Assembly: GCA_951406725.2 (NCBI GenBank)
Contig: OX597824.1
Coordinates: forward strand, 85,312,001 to 85,376,000
DNA: 64,000 bases
Direction of reading: 5' to 3'
DNA from: Octopus vulgaris
Taxonomy: Eukaryota
Part shown: one piece after another, positions 1 to 11,498 of the stretch
How positions within the stretch are numbered: the stretch's first letter is position 1
How the letters are laid out: the number at the start of each line of letters is the position of its first letter
Translations under genes and position numbers: made by a program
Notes under the pieces: generated by a model
What the model was told of the DNA's origin: nothing
Database searches by the model: none
Seen by the model: only the letters and a program-made list of their open reading frames with translations

Positions 1-11
1 CTCATGAGCAC

Positions 12-49
<38 letters not shown>

Positions 50-391
50 GTGAACTGGAAGAATCATTAGAGCGTCGGACAAAATGCTTTGCCGCAATTG
101 TTCCGTTTTCTACGTACCAGGTTTAAATTCCGTCAACGACAACTCATCGTTCAATCCTGCGGAGTTCGTTAAAATAAGGTACAGGCAAAATACTGCGGAT
201 GATTTAATTGATTATCCACTCCTACTCAAAAAAAACATTTGTAGCTCTATGGCTTATATTAGAAACGAACATTGTCAGTAGCATTATTATTTAAGTCAGA
301 ATAGACGTTCCCAGTTGGATATGTTGTTAACAAAGGTGTAGACGATAACGGGGTAGGCGTGAGAAGGAAAACAAGAAAAAAAATAAAAGAG

Positions 392-466
<75 letters not shown>

Positions 467-798
467 AGGAAGCGTAGTGAGGCTGATTTGAGAGAAAATA
501 GTCCAGTCAAATGACTTCTTTGTAAAAGACGTTGATATATAGAAAAATGAAATGGAGTATATAAGAAAACTTATATACAGGAAGAGGGAAAATAATGATT
601 GCCATTCACGTACACACATGCGCACGCATACACACCCACATATATACATCTATATCTACATATACATAGTTACATAAACATACGCACGCGCATGTATATA
701 CGTACAAAGAGAGAGACGCAATAAAAAGTTACAAACATTATACCATGTTTATATGTGTATACATATATATATATTTATGTATTATAAAAGTATATATC

Positions 799-873
<75 letters not shown>

Positions 874-1004
874 ATGTACACATTTATGTATATGAAAATA
901 TACTTACCTATAAGTTGATATAGATATATACAGATACATAAATGAATATATATATAAATGTATAAGTACACACATCTATACAAAAAAGCGCACAGATCTG
1001 TATA

Positions 1005-1046
<42 letters not shown>

Positions 1047-1063
1047 CATACACACACACACAC

Positions 1064-2157
1064 GAATAAGTTGTCGTCTAAATTACGCAAAATGAAAATA
1101 ATACTCACATCTCATTTTAACAGATATATTTACCAAAATTATATAAAAATATCTTGAAATACTAAATAGTAAATTTATTCAATAAAATCGCCATTGGCGT
1201 CAACCACGGCCTCCAGACGACTTCGGAATCTCCTGCAGCTCTTATTGATGGTCTCCTTGCTTAAGTGGGTGAATGCTGCCATAATCCTTGCTTTCAGTTC
1301 ATCTTTGGTGTTACAAAGAGTTTTGTTGGTCTTCCGCTCATCTGCGCCCAACACATAATAATTAGGGGGGTTGCAGTTTGGGGAGTTCGGTGGCGAGATG
1401 ATAGGGGCAATGTGGTCGCAGAAATTGTCTGACAGCCATGACTGGGTTCTCCTCTTTGTGTAGCATGGTGCAAAGTCCTGTTGCCAGTCAAAGGGTCTTC
1501 CAGCAGCCACCCTTTTGAGCCAGGGCAGCACTACCTCCTCCAGGCACTTGATGTAGGCCTGTGTGTTGAGTCTGAGGCCATGTGGGAAGATGAATGGAGG
1601 CTTAACGTCGCCACCACTAGTGATCACTCCAAATGCCATGATGTTGACTGGATGTTTGATTTTCATCACTCTCGGTACATGTTTTGGGAACATAGCAAGC
1701 CAACGGTTGTTCTGTGTATTCACCATCTGATCCAGGCAGAAGTTTTTCTCGTCTGAGAAAAACCAAATTATGTTCGTTGCCAATCATAGCCTGGATCTCA
1801 TCAACAAATTCAGGAGTTCTTTTCTTATAAGAACGATCGGAGTGAGTTTTCCAAGCTACCGTACCTTTGTAGTCACCATTAGACGCACCCAGCTCCTTCC
1901 GAATCCTCTGCACAGCCCTCAGATTGACACTTAAACACTCTGAAATGTTCGTATTGGAGCTTCCGGCACGAATGCCAAACAGTACAGCATGTCGTTTCCA
2001 AATTCCTGGCAGAGTGAATTGCGTCATAGTTGTGTTTTTCTCACGGACGGTGCCCAACTGACCCTATTATACTGTATAGTTGATAAAATCAAAAACAAAC
2101 GATACGCATGCACGAAATTAAAAATATAAAATGGCAACAGTTTACTCATCGCACTCA

Positions 2158-2158
<1 letters not shown>
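1064..2158 (-). mobile_element. Tc1/mariner DD37D (maT/Bmmar1-like) transposon, internally deleted, copy 1
   Basis: Transposase motifs WFFSDEKNF, WQQDFAPC and SPPNSPNCNPPNYY with 37 residues between D2 and the D3 position; degenerate TIR ...GCACTCAG|TA at 2151-2160; homologous to 46881-47696. Confidence 0.9.
1175..2027 (-). pseudogene. maT-type transposase pseudogene
   Basis: N-terminal HTH part (MTQFTLPGIWKRHAV...EIQAMI) is frameshifted onto the catalytic part (ORF 1175..1783); the second HTH appears deleted and D3 is mutated to N. Confidence 0.85.
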
Positions 2159-2191
<33 letters not shown>

Positions 2192-2378
2192 CAAAAAAGA
2201 AATAAGTGGAAATTTTACCGGTGAGTGTGTTACATAATAAGGCACAAAAAGAAAATGGCTCTCCCCAGACGCAACAGAATATGCTTCAACACACGTACTT
2301 ATATAAAGAATCTTGCAAATCAAATCCCAAAACGAAATATATATATATATGTCGTACAAACACACGCGTGCGCACATG

Positions 2379-2419
<41 letters not shown>

Positions 2420-2443
2420 TCCAACAGTATCAGCGCCAAGCAA

Positions 2444-2620
2444 TGTTTAGGCATAAGCGAACCTTAGGTTAGTTAAAGTATGTTTGTGACATATTTCAAC
2501 CTCTAAAGGCTAATTCACTGCAGTTTTCCTCCACAGTAACTGCAGTGAATCTGCCTTTAAAAGTTGAAATATGTGACAAACATATTTTAACTTAACCTAA
2601 AGTTCGCTTATGCCTAAACA
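2444..2620. repeat. Long inverted repeat (~82-bp arms, 12-nt loop), probable PLE remnant
   Basis: Arms 2444-2525 and 2538-2620 differ at about 8 positions; part of the arm recurs at ~2841-2871. Confidence 0.8.
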
Positions 2621-2890
2621 CAGCTAAGTGTCGAAACTGCTGAATTTTTTCTCACCTGACGTTTCAATAGCAGATTGCGATTAACGTCGTTGATTAAGTT
2701 TGCCTAGAGTTACCACTCTTCGGTATTTCCCATTGACTGCTGTGTCTGTGGAATCCGATAGAGGGCAGCATTGGACAGATATGGTGCTTTTATACCTTGT
2801 ACCATAAGAGAGAATTTTCGTTTAGAAGTTGGGCTATATCAGAAACATATTTTAACTAATCTAAAGTTCGCAAATATATATACACATATA

Positions 2891-3108
2891 CGAGAGGATG
2901 CTAAAAAGTTCATGACTTTAAGAGTGTCGTGAAAGGCCTGGTTAGAGGGCCAGCTTTCCGAGTTCGTTTACAGGGCTTAGAAAAACTGAAGGACCGCTGC
3001 AATAAGTGTGTGAATCTGAGAGGAAAGTATGTTGAATAAAATCATAATTAACTGATCCCTACTGTATTTTCTTTTACGCAAAGCCAGGAACTCTTCGGCA
3101 ACCACTCG
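2891..3108 (+). mobile_element. Mariner (irritans/Hsmar2-like) MITE
   Basis: TA|CGAGAGGATGCTAAAAAGTTC...GGAACTCTTCGGCAACCACTCG TIRs; retains the transposase C-terminus QGLEKLKDRCNKCVNLRGKYVE*. Confidence 0.8.
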
Positions 3109-3129
3109 CATATACATATATAATATATT

Positions 3130-3277
3130 TTTATTTTATTTTATTTTATTTTATTTTATCTAGTTTCAGCTCACGAGCTGTGGCCATGCTGGGGCACCGC
3201 CATTTGCTGGGGCACCGCCATTTGCTGGGGCACCGCCATTTGCTTGTGCACCGCCATTTGCTGGGGCACGGCCATTT
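3130..3277 (-). mobile_element. Retroposon 3' tail related to the SINE A tail, with five tandem 18-mers
   Basis: (TTTTA)n tail, tail motif GTTTCAGCTCACGAGCTGTGGCCATGCTGGGGCACCGCC, then GCTGGGGCACCGCCATTT x5 (3188-3277). Confidence 0.75.
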
Positions 3278-3330
3278 ATGTAATGTAATATAATATACTT
3301 TAATACTCCCCACTCACACACACAGAGACA

Positions 3331-3386
<56 letters not shown>

Positions 3387-3714
3387 TGCACACTCACACA
3401 CATGTATCTTCCGGGGGAAATTCGAAGCTGTACTGCGTTTAGCTATTCGTAACATCAATCAACTTGTATACGCTGCCACACATGTAAGGTATTTAGCGGA
3501 AATCCCCGTGTTTATCGTCCAGATAACATGGTGTGTACAATGCAGATCATTAATATTAAGTCACGCATTTGACAGCTAATTATACCGTCAGCACCACGTT
3601 TTTTTGAGAGCTTATCTTAGCGAGGCCCACGCCCTGTCGAGATGCCTCTGTGCGATTCCGTGTGCTTGTGTGTGTGTGTGTGTGTGTGTGAGTATATGTG
3701 GTTGAAGAACATCG

Positions 3715-3946
3715 AGGCATCGAGCTGGCAGAACCGTTAGCACGCCGGGCGAAATGCGTAGCCGTATTTCGTCTGCCGTTACGTTCTGGGTTCAAATTCC
3801 GCCGAGGTCGACTTTGCCTTTCATCCTTTCGGGGTCGATAAATTAAGTACCAGTTAAGCACTGGTGTCGATGTAATCGTCTTAATCCGTTTGTCTGTCCT
3901 TGTTTGTCCCCTCTATGTTTAGCCCCTTGTGGGTTATAAAGAAACA
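3715..3946 (+). mobile_element. SINE B (tRNA-derived), long-tail form
   Basis: A-box-like TGGCAGAACCG, B-box GGGTTCAAATTCC; perfect 17-bp TSD TATATGTGGTTGAAGAA at 3693-3709 and 3947-3963. Confidence 0.9.
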
Positions 3947-4144
3947 TATATGTGGTTGAAGAATGGTTAAAGAATTTCGCTTCCTAATCATGAGCTCTAG
4001 GCACTGATTTCACTGTACAGCATCTTAGGCAAGTATCTTCTATCGTAGCGTCACGTCGACAGTAGAGCTGCGGGGTGTGAAAATTGGACAGAATAATACT
4101 GCATGGAAGCCCGTGATTCGGAAAGGGGCATTCGTATTACACAT

Positions 4145-4326
4145 TCATTGGACTGCGGCTATGCTGGAGAGCACACCCTAAAATGGTTTCAGTCGAAGAA
4201 ATCGATCCCAGTACCTATTTTTTAAACTCTGTGAATTATTCAGTTTTTTTTTGTTTTTTTTTTACCGAAACGCCAGTTATGAGGAAATAAACAAACCAAT
4301 GCCAGTTGTCAAGCGGTGGGTGATGG

Positions 4327-4422
<96 letters not shown>

Positions 4423-4590
4423 TCAACGGACTTCCACACAGTTCCTGTCGACCAGACTCACTCACAGGGCATTGATTGGTCCAGAGCTATAGTAGAAAAC
4501 ACTCGTCCAAAGTACCACGAAGTGGGATTGAGCCTGAATGCACGTAGTTGCAAAGCGACCTTCTGAATCATACACCCGTGCCTGCGCCTA
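4145..4590 (-). mobile_element. SINE A, diverged copy with internal (CA)n
   Basis: Colinear similarity to 59688-60097. Confidence 0.75.
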
Positions 4591-6144
4591 TGTGTATATG
4601 TACATATTTCAGTTTGCTCTTTATGTGCATGTTTCTGTGTATTAAGTTTATTTGAGGAGTTGTCCTTTTCTAGCAAGTAATTTGATCAGATTTTCTATTT
4701 TAAAACTGAAGCAATTACATCGTCGAAAGTTTCGCTACAACTCTGGAACTGTGTCATTGACATAATCGTTGTTATGCGACAAAAATTTTAATGCTTCAAG
4801 AAATAAATGAAAAGTGAATTTAATTGATTTTATGTATCGTACTTAAGGTATATACTTCACTGAAATGCAAGATGCTGTGATTTTTGGCTCAGAGAAAATC
4901 TCTTCATGGTCATGTTTTAAAAGTACAATACATATCGGGGAGAGGCGAACATCATTTCAGCATTGATGTACAAGAATACCAGATACGCTTCCACTTTGTC
5001 AATGACATGTATCCGCCTGTCATAAGCCTAAACCAAATATGTCCTTCCGACATACAAGGAACAGTAATACTTTCACTGATATTACGGAAAGCATGCCAGG
5101 CTGTAATAAACTCGGTGTAAGCATATGAAACAGCATTAATTTAAAGTAGCTGTCTATGTATCACACTTAACGTATGACACACTACTGTACTTTTGTCTAA
5201 GAGAAAATTTCTTCATATACGTGTTAAAACATAATATATTATATCGGAACGAAGCGAAAAATCATCTTATTATTGACTCAAGAGAAAGACAGATATGTTT
5301 CACCTTCTTAAGTCTATGTCGTCGATCATTGGTGAAAGGATGTTCGCATCACACCGGCATATATATTGTTTTTAACAAACGCCTATGAACAAATATTTCT
5401 CTCAATCACCAAAGAATCGTGCTTTTTAGTGGTGTGTATAGATTAAGTATGATACACAGATGGCTAATTTGATTTAATGCTCTTTCCACTGCATACACCG
5501 AGTTTTTATGTGTGTTTATAGAATGACTGAAACTAGCCATTCTACGACGCATTTTCTGTGCATTCACGTCTTTCTTCCATTTTGGCTATATTAACCTTTG
5601 CAAGTTTGTGTGTGTGTGCGTGTGTATGTATGTATGCATGTGCATGTGTATGTATGTGTGAATGTGCGTGCATATGTGCAAGTATTTGTGTGTGTGTATT
5701 GGTGTGAGTTGTGTTTCATTGTGTGTTAATATCTTTGTGTGAATCTGTCTCCGTGTTTTTCATTTATATCATTCAACGTCTGTTTATAGTTGTTCTTCTG
5801 TATCAATAATTTATTCTCTTGAAACCCATCTGTCTTCAAAATCACGATTCTCTTCACCTCCTTCTGTCATCTCGTATATACACAAACATACATAAAAACT
5901 CTCTTAGATAAATACTGACGGAGCCTCACACACATAAAAATACATAGAAAGACATTCAGACATTTAGTTTGTCACAGCAGCGTTAACTCAAATGCATAGA
6001 CACGGAAACAAAAGAAGCAGAGAAGCGCACATGTATTGACACAAAGATACACGACACTAAAAGACAACGCAATTTTGAAATTGCATGCACACATGCATAC
6101 ACACAACACTCTATACTTACACAACATACATACATATATATAAA

Positions 6145-6199
<55 letters not shown>

Positions 6200-6432
6200 G
6201 GCGTTTTACCCACAAATCCAGAAACAGACTGTCCTCGGGTATCGTATATGGATGTGATCTTTCATTGTTTTTCCCTTATTCCTATGTGAGTTATTTTTCT
6301 GAGTATGCATTGTCTGGAGACTTTTATTTGCAGTTGAAGAAATAGCCAAATTTTTGGCTGCTATTTCTGAAAAGTTCGGTGTGTGGTAAAGTGAATTCTT
6401 TTACTTTACCATATTTTTATAAATTAATACTT

Positions 6433-6462
<30 letters not shown>

Positions 6463-6471
<9 letters not shown>

Positions 6472-6559
6472 ATATGTTACAATTATTCAATAGTCAATAG
6501 GCATCCGAAACTCAGAGTTTTATCTTGACTATTGAATAATTGTAACATATTATTTTATA
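6463..6559. repeat. Perfect 35-bp inverted repeat next to (TA)n, probable PLE remnant
   Basis: Arms 6463-6497 and 6525-6559; the 27-nt loop contains CCGAAACTCAGAGT. Confidence 0.85.
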
Positions 6560-6825
6560 GATAAATTTCCTCTATTTACATAATATTGAGGTCTCTTTCT
6601 TTCTTTTGTTATCTTACCGTTTTTACCAATCTCTCTCTCTCTCTATATATATATATTCAATTTTTTCAGAATGATATAAATTTTTTTTTATATATACACA
6701 TGCTGATACGTTAGACTCCTTATTCGCATAATCACCGAACCTGGAGCTTAACTATGGTCTATCCATAGCACTTACTCAGCATTACCTGACACCTTTGGGT
6801 CTTACTGACAACATTATCTCATAAC

Positions 6826-6867
<42 letters not shown>

Positions 6868-6871
<4 letters not shown>

Positions 6872-7190
6872 CTGTATTGGCCACGCAGGGCTAAACACTG
6901 AAGGGACAAAATACAAAGTAGAGCTTTTCTTTTTGGCAAGAAGAGAAGGGGGAAAAAGGAGGGGAGGCGAATTCCGATCAAAAGGGACCGTGCAAAAAAA
7001 AAAAAAAGGGTGGGCCGATCAATAGGGATCGTGTTTCACAGAAATGTCAATGTAAAATGGGAAAATAGATTAGGTTTATCCGTGGATAGAAAAGCCTACG
7101 GAAAAGAGCACGGGAACCTTGGGCAATAGTGTCATGCAAAAAGAAAACACATTACAGTAAGTGGGTCTCTTTTACCTTTCGTTTTCTTTA
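6868..7190 (-). mobile_element. Probable LINE (Tx1/L1-like) 3' UTR fragment
   Basis: Minus strand ends GTCCCTTCAGTGTTTAGCCCTGCGTGGCCAATACAGAAATA before (TA)n, resembling the end of the Tx1-like element at ~17685-17707 and the SINE B tail; no coding part remains. Confidence 0.55.
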
Positions 7191-7206
7191 TAGATAGATA
7201 GATAGG

Positions 7207-7246
<40 letters not shown>

Positions 7247-7261
7247 CACACACATACACAC

Positions 7262-7525
7262 ACAAATTGAACTTCATTAATCCGGGACTTGCTTCTCCGA
7301 CAGCCTTGATAATTCGGGATAGCGATTTGAATCTGGCGGTCATATGGTTTTGTATGACCCCCGCTTGGCACCAGTTTCCCGTGTCACAGAATTCGATGCT
7401 GTTATACAGGTGCATATATATTGTTTTTTTACAGATATTTTACCCTTAAATATGCCTCCTAAGAGAGAAGCAAGCAATGTAAGGGGTAGTAAAGCACCAA
7501 ACTGTAAGCATAAATCATTTGTTGT
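7262..7525 (+). mobile_element. Pogo/Tigger-like transposon 5' fragment
   Basis: TTGAACTTCATTAATCCGG terminal-like motif and a basic N-terminus MPPKREASNVRGSKAP typical of Tigger transposases; fragment only. Confidence 0.45.
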
Positions 7526-7657
7526 ATAAAGAAAGAAAAAAAGAAAGAAAAGAAATTGTCTACATTAACGTCTACAAAGTGGGGCTTTGTTGAAGGCTTT
7601 CTGTGCAGGATATAGAAAGGTTCATCAGCAATGTATGACATTACGAAATAACAAGAC

Positions 7658-7925
7658 CAGTGGTTCCCAAGCATTTTTTATTATCTATGGATCCCTTTGA
7701 TGACTATTTGAATCTGGTGGACCTCGTCATAGGCATCCGATGTTTAAAAACTAATTTTATAGATACTTCTTTCAAAATTCCTATTTTGTTTTTCATATGT
7801 TCAAGTTTGCTACAGCATACACCGAGAGGATTTGTTTCGATGGCATGAAACGTGTTAAACTATGCAAAGGGTTAGAAAAAGAAATATATAAGATACACAA
7901 ATGCTTTTATTTATAAATATTTAAA
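7658..7925 (+). mobile_element. hAT (Charlie-like) non-autonomous element, left part
   Basis: Starts CAGTGGTTCCCAA; homologous to 9444-10038. Confidence 0.65.
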
Positions 7926-7930
7926 AATTT

Positions 7931-8332
7931 TGTTTCAGTCATTTGACTGCGGCCATGCTGGAGCACCACATTTAGTCGAGCAAATCGACCCCAGGACTTA
8001 TTCTTTGTAAGCCTAGTACTTATTCTATCGCTCCCTTTTTGCCGAACCGCTAAGTGACGGAGACGTAAACACACCAGCATCGGTTGTCAAGCGATGTTAG
8101 GGGGGGGGGGCGGACAAACACAGACACACAAACATACACACACACACATACACACACACACGTACATACACGACGGGCTTCTTTCAGTTTCCGTCTACCA
8201 AATCCACTCACAAGGCTTTGGTCGACCCAAAGCTATAGTAGAAGACACTTGCCCAAGGTGCCACGCAGTGGAACTGAACTCGGAACTATGTGGTTGGTAA
8301 GCAAGCTACTTACCACACACCCACACCTGCGT
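7931..8332 (-). mobile_element. SINE A, full length
   Basis: High similarity to 49190-49626 and 59688-60097. Confidence 0.9.
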
Positions 8333-8668
8333 GTATGCTGCATATAATATGACAGAAAAACAATACAAGACAATCTCAGGATATTGGCCAAAAGATAAAT
8401 TTTCAACGCACAAAAATTTCATTAGGGTTTTAATTTAAATGCACTAATTAACCAAGTGAACAAACGTTTTACTGCCAACGATCACAGAAAACAAAGAGGG
8501 AGCTGTTGGTGGAAACGATGTTCTTCGGAATTGAATTTCTAAGAATTTTTGGGAAGAATTATCTCATATTTAAACGGTTAATAAGATTCCATATAGTAAT
8601 CTAAGGTTTTAATGGAAGTATTCATGCGGGAAATGAGAGTTCTTGGTCGATGTCAATCGATGTGCCTG

Positions 8669-8745
<77 letters not shown>

Positions 8746-9443
8746 GTGTATGTATGTATGTATGTATGTATGTATGTATGTATGTATGTATGTATGTATG
8801 TATGTATGTATGTATGTATGTATGTGTGTGTGTGTGTATATGCCGGTGTGTATTTATATGTATATATATATATGTGTGTGTATCCGGAGAGGGCTATAGA
8901 TATGTGTGCGTGCATGTGTTTATAGACATGTGTACATGTGTGTGTGTGTGTGTGCGTTAGTTTTAACACCGAAAATGTAAACTGCCAAAAAATTGATAAA
9001 TGGATTTGTAATTTTGGTAGTTACTATGTCAGTAAAGAAAATGAATGGTTGTTTTTTCATAATGTCTTATGTTTAGGTATAGTATCTCAAGAAACTCTCT
9101 GAAAAATGGAAACATCATTACAGAGGAAGTTCAGTTAAGCTTTTGTAGTTTGGAGAAACTATGTCAGAAATGTCAGACTTTATACAGTAAAAATTTCTCA
9201 TTATTAGCATCATTAAACTAAAATTGCTGTCATTTTCAGAAGTTGCATCATAACTATCGAGAAACGAAGAGTTGAATTTACTAACAACTCTCCTTCAGTG
9301 AAAGAATTCAAAGTGATAAAGCAAAATGGTCAAAATTTTTCGAAAATAAATATAAAATAAAATTAGACATTTTTTAAACACGAATTGAAGATGGAAAAAA
9401 CTGTGCACAAAACCGGCTGCGCGACTCGAATTATGTATCAGAC

Positions 9444-10038
9444 TAGTGCTTCTCAACTATGTTTTACCTATGGCCCCTTTTAATTTTTGTTTTATCCTAG
9501 TGGACTCCCATAGCCATCCAATGTTTAACCATTTAGTGTTTAAACCGGCCATATCCAGCCCAAATATTTTACATGTTTTATATTCAAACTGGCGATATCT
9601 AGCTTCTCACACCTAACCTACATTGACATTCTAAAAATAATCTATCACATCATTGAAACCTCAAAGCTATAAGGTAATGCATGATTAATTCAAAACAATT
9701 TGAGTGAAAAAATATTGCATTTAACAGAGTAATCTGAACACTAAAGGGCTAAAAACTAGTTTTATAGATACTTCTTTCTAAATACCTATTTTCTTTTTCA
9801 TATGTTTACTTGCATATGCTCGCAATAACACTTTCTAGGAGAACATGTTTCAATGGCCCGGAATATGTCAAACATTGTAAAATGTTAGAGAAAGAAACGT
9901 GACTGTTTCTTGCAAATAAGTACATCTAAAGAAAAATTTTTTCATGAACCTTTAAAATACTATTGTGGATCCCCAGTTTACTATTTTGCTCACGTGGACC
10001 ACCGAAAATCTTATATGGACCCTGGTTCAGAACCACTG
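9444..10038 (+). mobile_element. hAT (Charlie-like) MITE with nested piggyBac-like MITE
   Basis: Ends TAGTGCTTCTCAAC and GGTTCAGAACCACTG; flanking 8-mers tatcagac and atttagac resemble the NTCTAGAN target. Confidence 0.65.
9529..9748. mobile_element. piggyBac-like MITE
   Basis: TTAA|CCATTTAGTGTT...AACACTAAAGGG|CTAA; the paralogous hAT copy has a single TTAA at the matching position (~7744). Confidence 0.75.
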
Positions 10039-11004
10039 ATTTAGACGATTATGCTAACCCTTGCACCATAGCAACCAGGAATCATTTCCACTCAAATTAG
10101 AACCTGTAGAATGTCAGAACTTCTTGTACATTGCTAATCGTAGTCGATTAGGTAACACATCCAAGAAATCTGAAGTATCCTCCACATCTTATGATATAAG
10201 AATAATTTCTCGTAATAAACTAACCGAAAGCTAAACGAGCCAACGGCATGTGGGTGGGTAGGTGGAAGGGAGCCATGTGATGGTTCGATCAGCTAGAAAT
10301 AGCAGCTAAATTTCTCTTAACTAACACCCTATTGTTTTAAAAGATGATATCTTGGTTTATATTGGACAATGAAAAAAAAAAAAAAGGGTATCGGAGGGGC
10401 GATGTATACTCTGTGTGCAGATAAATTTTGTCGCGAATTATAGTGTGGCTTACAACGCGTTGCTTACCCATGCTTTTTCATTGAACTGAATTAAGCTTTG
10501 TAAGTGTTTGACTAAAAGAGGATTAGAAGCATAATAACTGAAATTAAGAAATCAACTCGTAAATAAACAAAACTCTCGAATCCATCACTGTACACACACA
10601 CATACAAACACACATGCACGCGCGCGCACACACAGTCGCATATCTATATATCTATTTATGTATTATGTATGTATGTACCCACACGTGTCTACGCGCATAG
10701 ATAAACGATCATCAATACACAAGCAGACGAGGGTCGATTCATATGAAAAAAGTGAACAAAATGAAATACTTATAGAAAATATTGTATAGCAACGTCTTTC
10801 AATGATGGCAGGTGAATCAAACGTACTGTAGTTCAATGTAGGAGATAAATAATACGACCACTTGTTGATCGGGAAATTTGTAAGTTCGATTAAAAATTTT
10901 TTTTTTTTTTTGAAGTATCACCATTATAGGTATTTATACTCCGGTGAAATTAAGAAATCAAGTCGTAAATAAACGGAACCCTCGAATCTATCACTGTACG
11001 CACA

Positions 11005-11064
<60 letters not shown>

Positions 11065-11099
11065 CAGAGTCGCATATCTATGTATGCATTTTTGTATGC

Positions 11100-11275
11100 T
11101 TGAAGATAATCAAACCAAATTTTCATCATTTCGAGTCACTCACCCAATGAGTATTTGTGCCAAATTTGGTGAGAATCCGTTCAACCGTTTTCCAGTCATT
11201 TTGCAAACACACAGACAAACAAACCAAGACATGTGATCATAATACCCCGCTTTCACTTACGCACGCAGGGTAATA
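11100..11275 (+). mobile_element. Helentron-associated (HINE/DINE-1/pearl-like) 3' fragment
   Basis: CCAAATTTGGTGAGAATCCG core, ACAGACAAACAAAC microsatellite-like stretch and 3' hairpin TACCCCGC...GCAGGGTA before an A-rich end. Confidence 0.55.
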
Positions 11276-11457
11276 AATTAGGTAAACGACTCAGAAAAGA
11301 GACGTGACAACCATGCGCCTGCGCGTGTGTATGCGTTAGCATTATCCAGTAACAAAATCATGAGCCACAGATGCCAAACGGCGCGGGATCAAATCTGGGC
11401 TCTCACGATTGCCAAGCAAACGCTTTAGCCCTTTCCGTTATGCTCTTATACTCGCAC

Positions 11458-11498
<41 letters not shown>

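Noticed and set aside
3188-3277. Short direct repeats as CRISPR or an ANGGAP peptide repeat
   Set aside because: No spacers, eukaryotic context, and the unit derives from a retroposon tail.
4884-5120. Non-repetitive 78-aa ORF and overlapping minus-strand frames
   Set aside because: No recognisable motif or convincing splice-site pair; a small exon cannot be excluded.
10538-11090. Direct duplication (~10538-10650 versus 10945-11082) with (GCAC)n expansion
   Set aside because: Real, but an ordinary local duplication with no sign of function.
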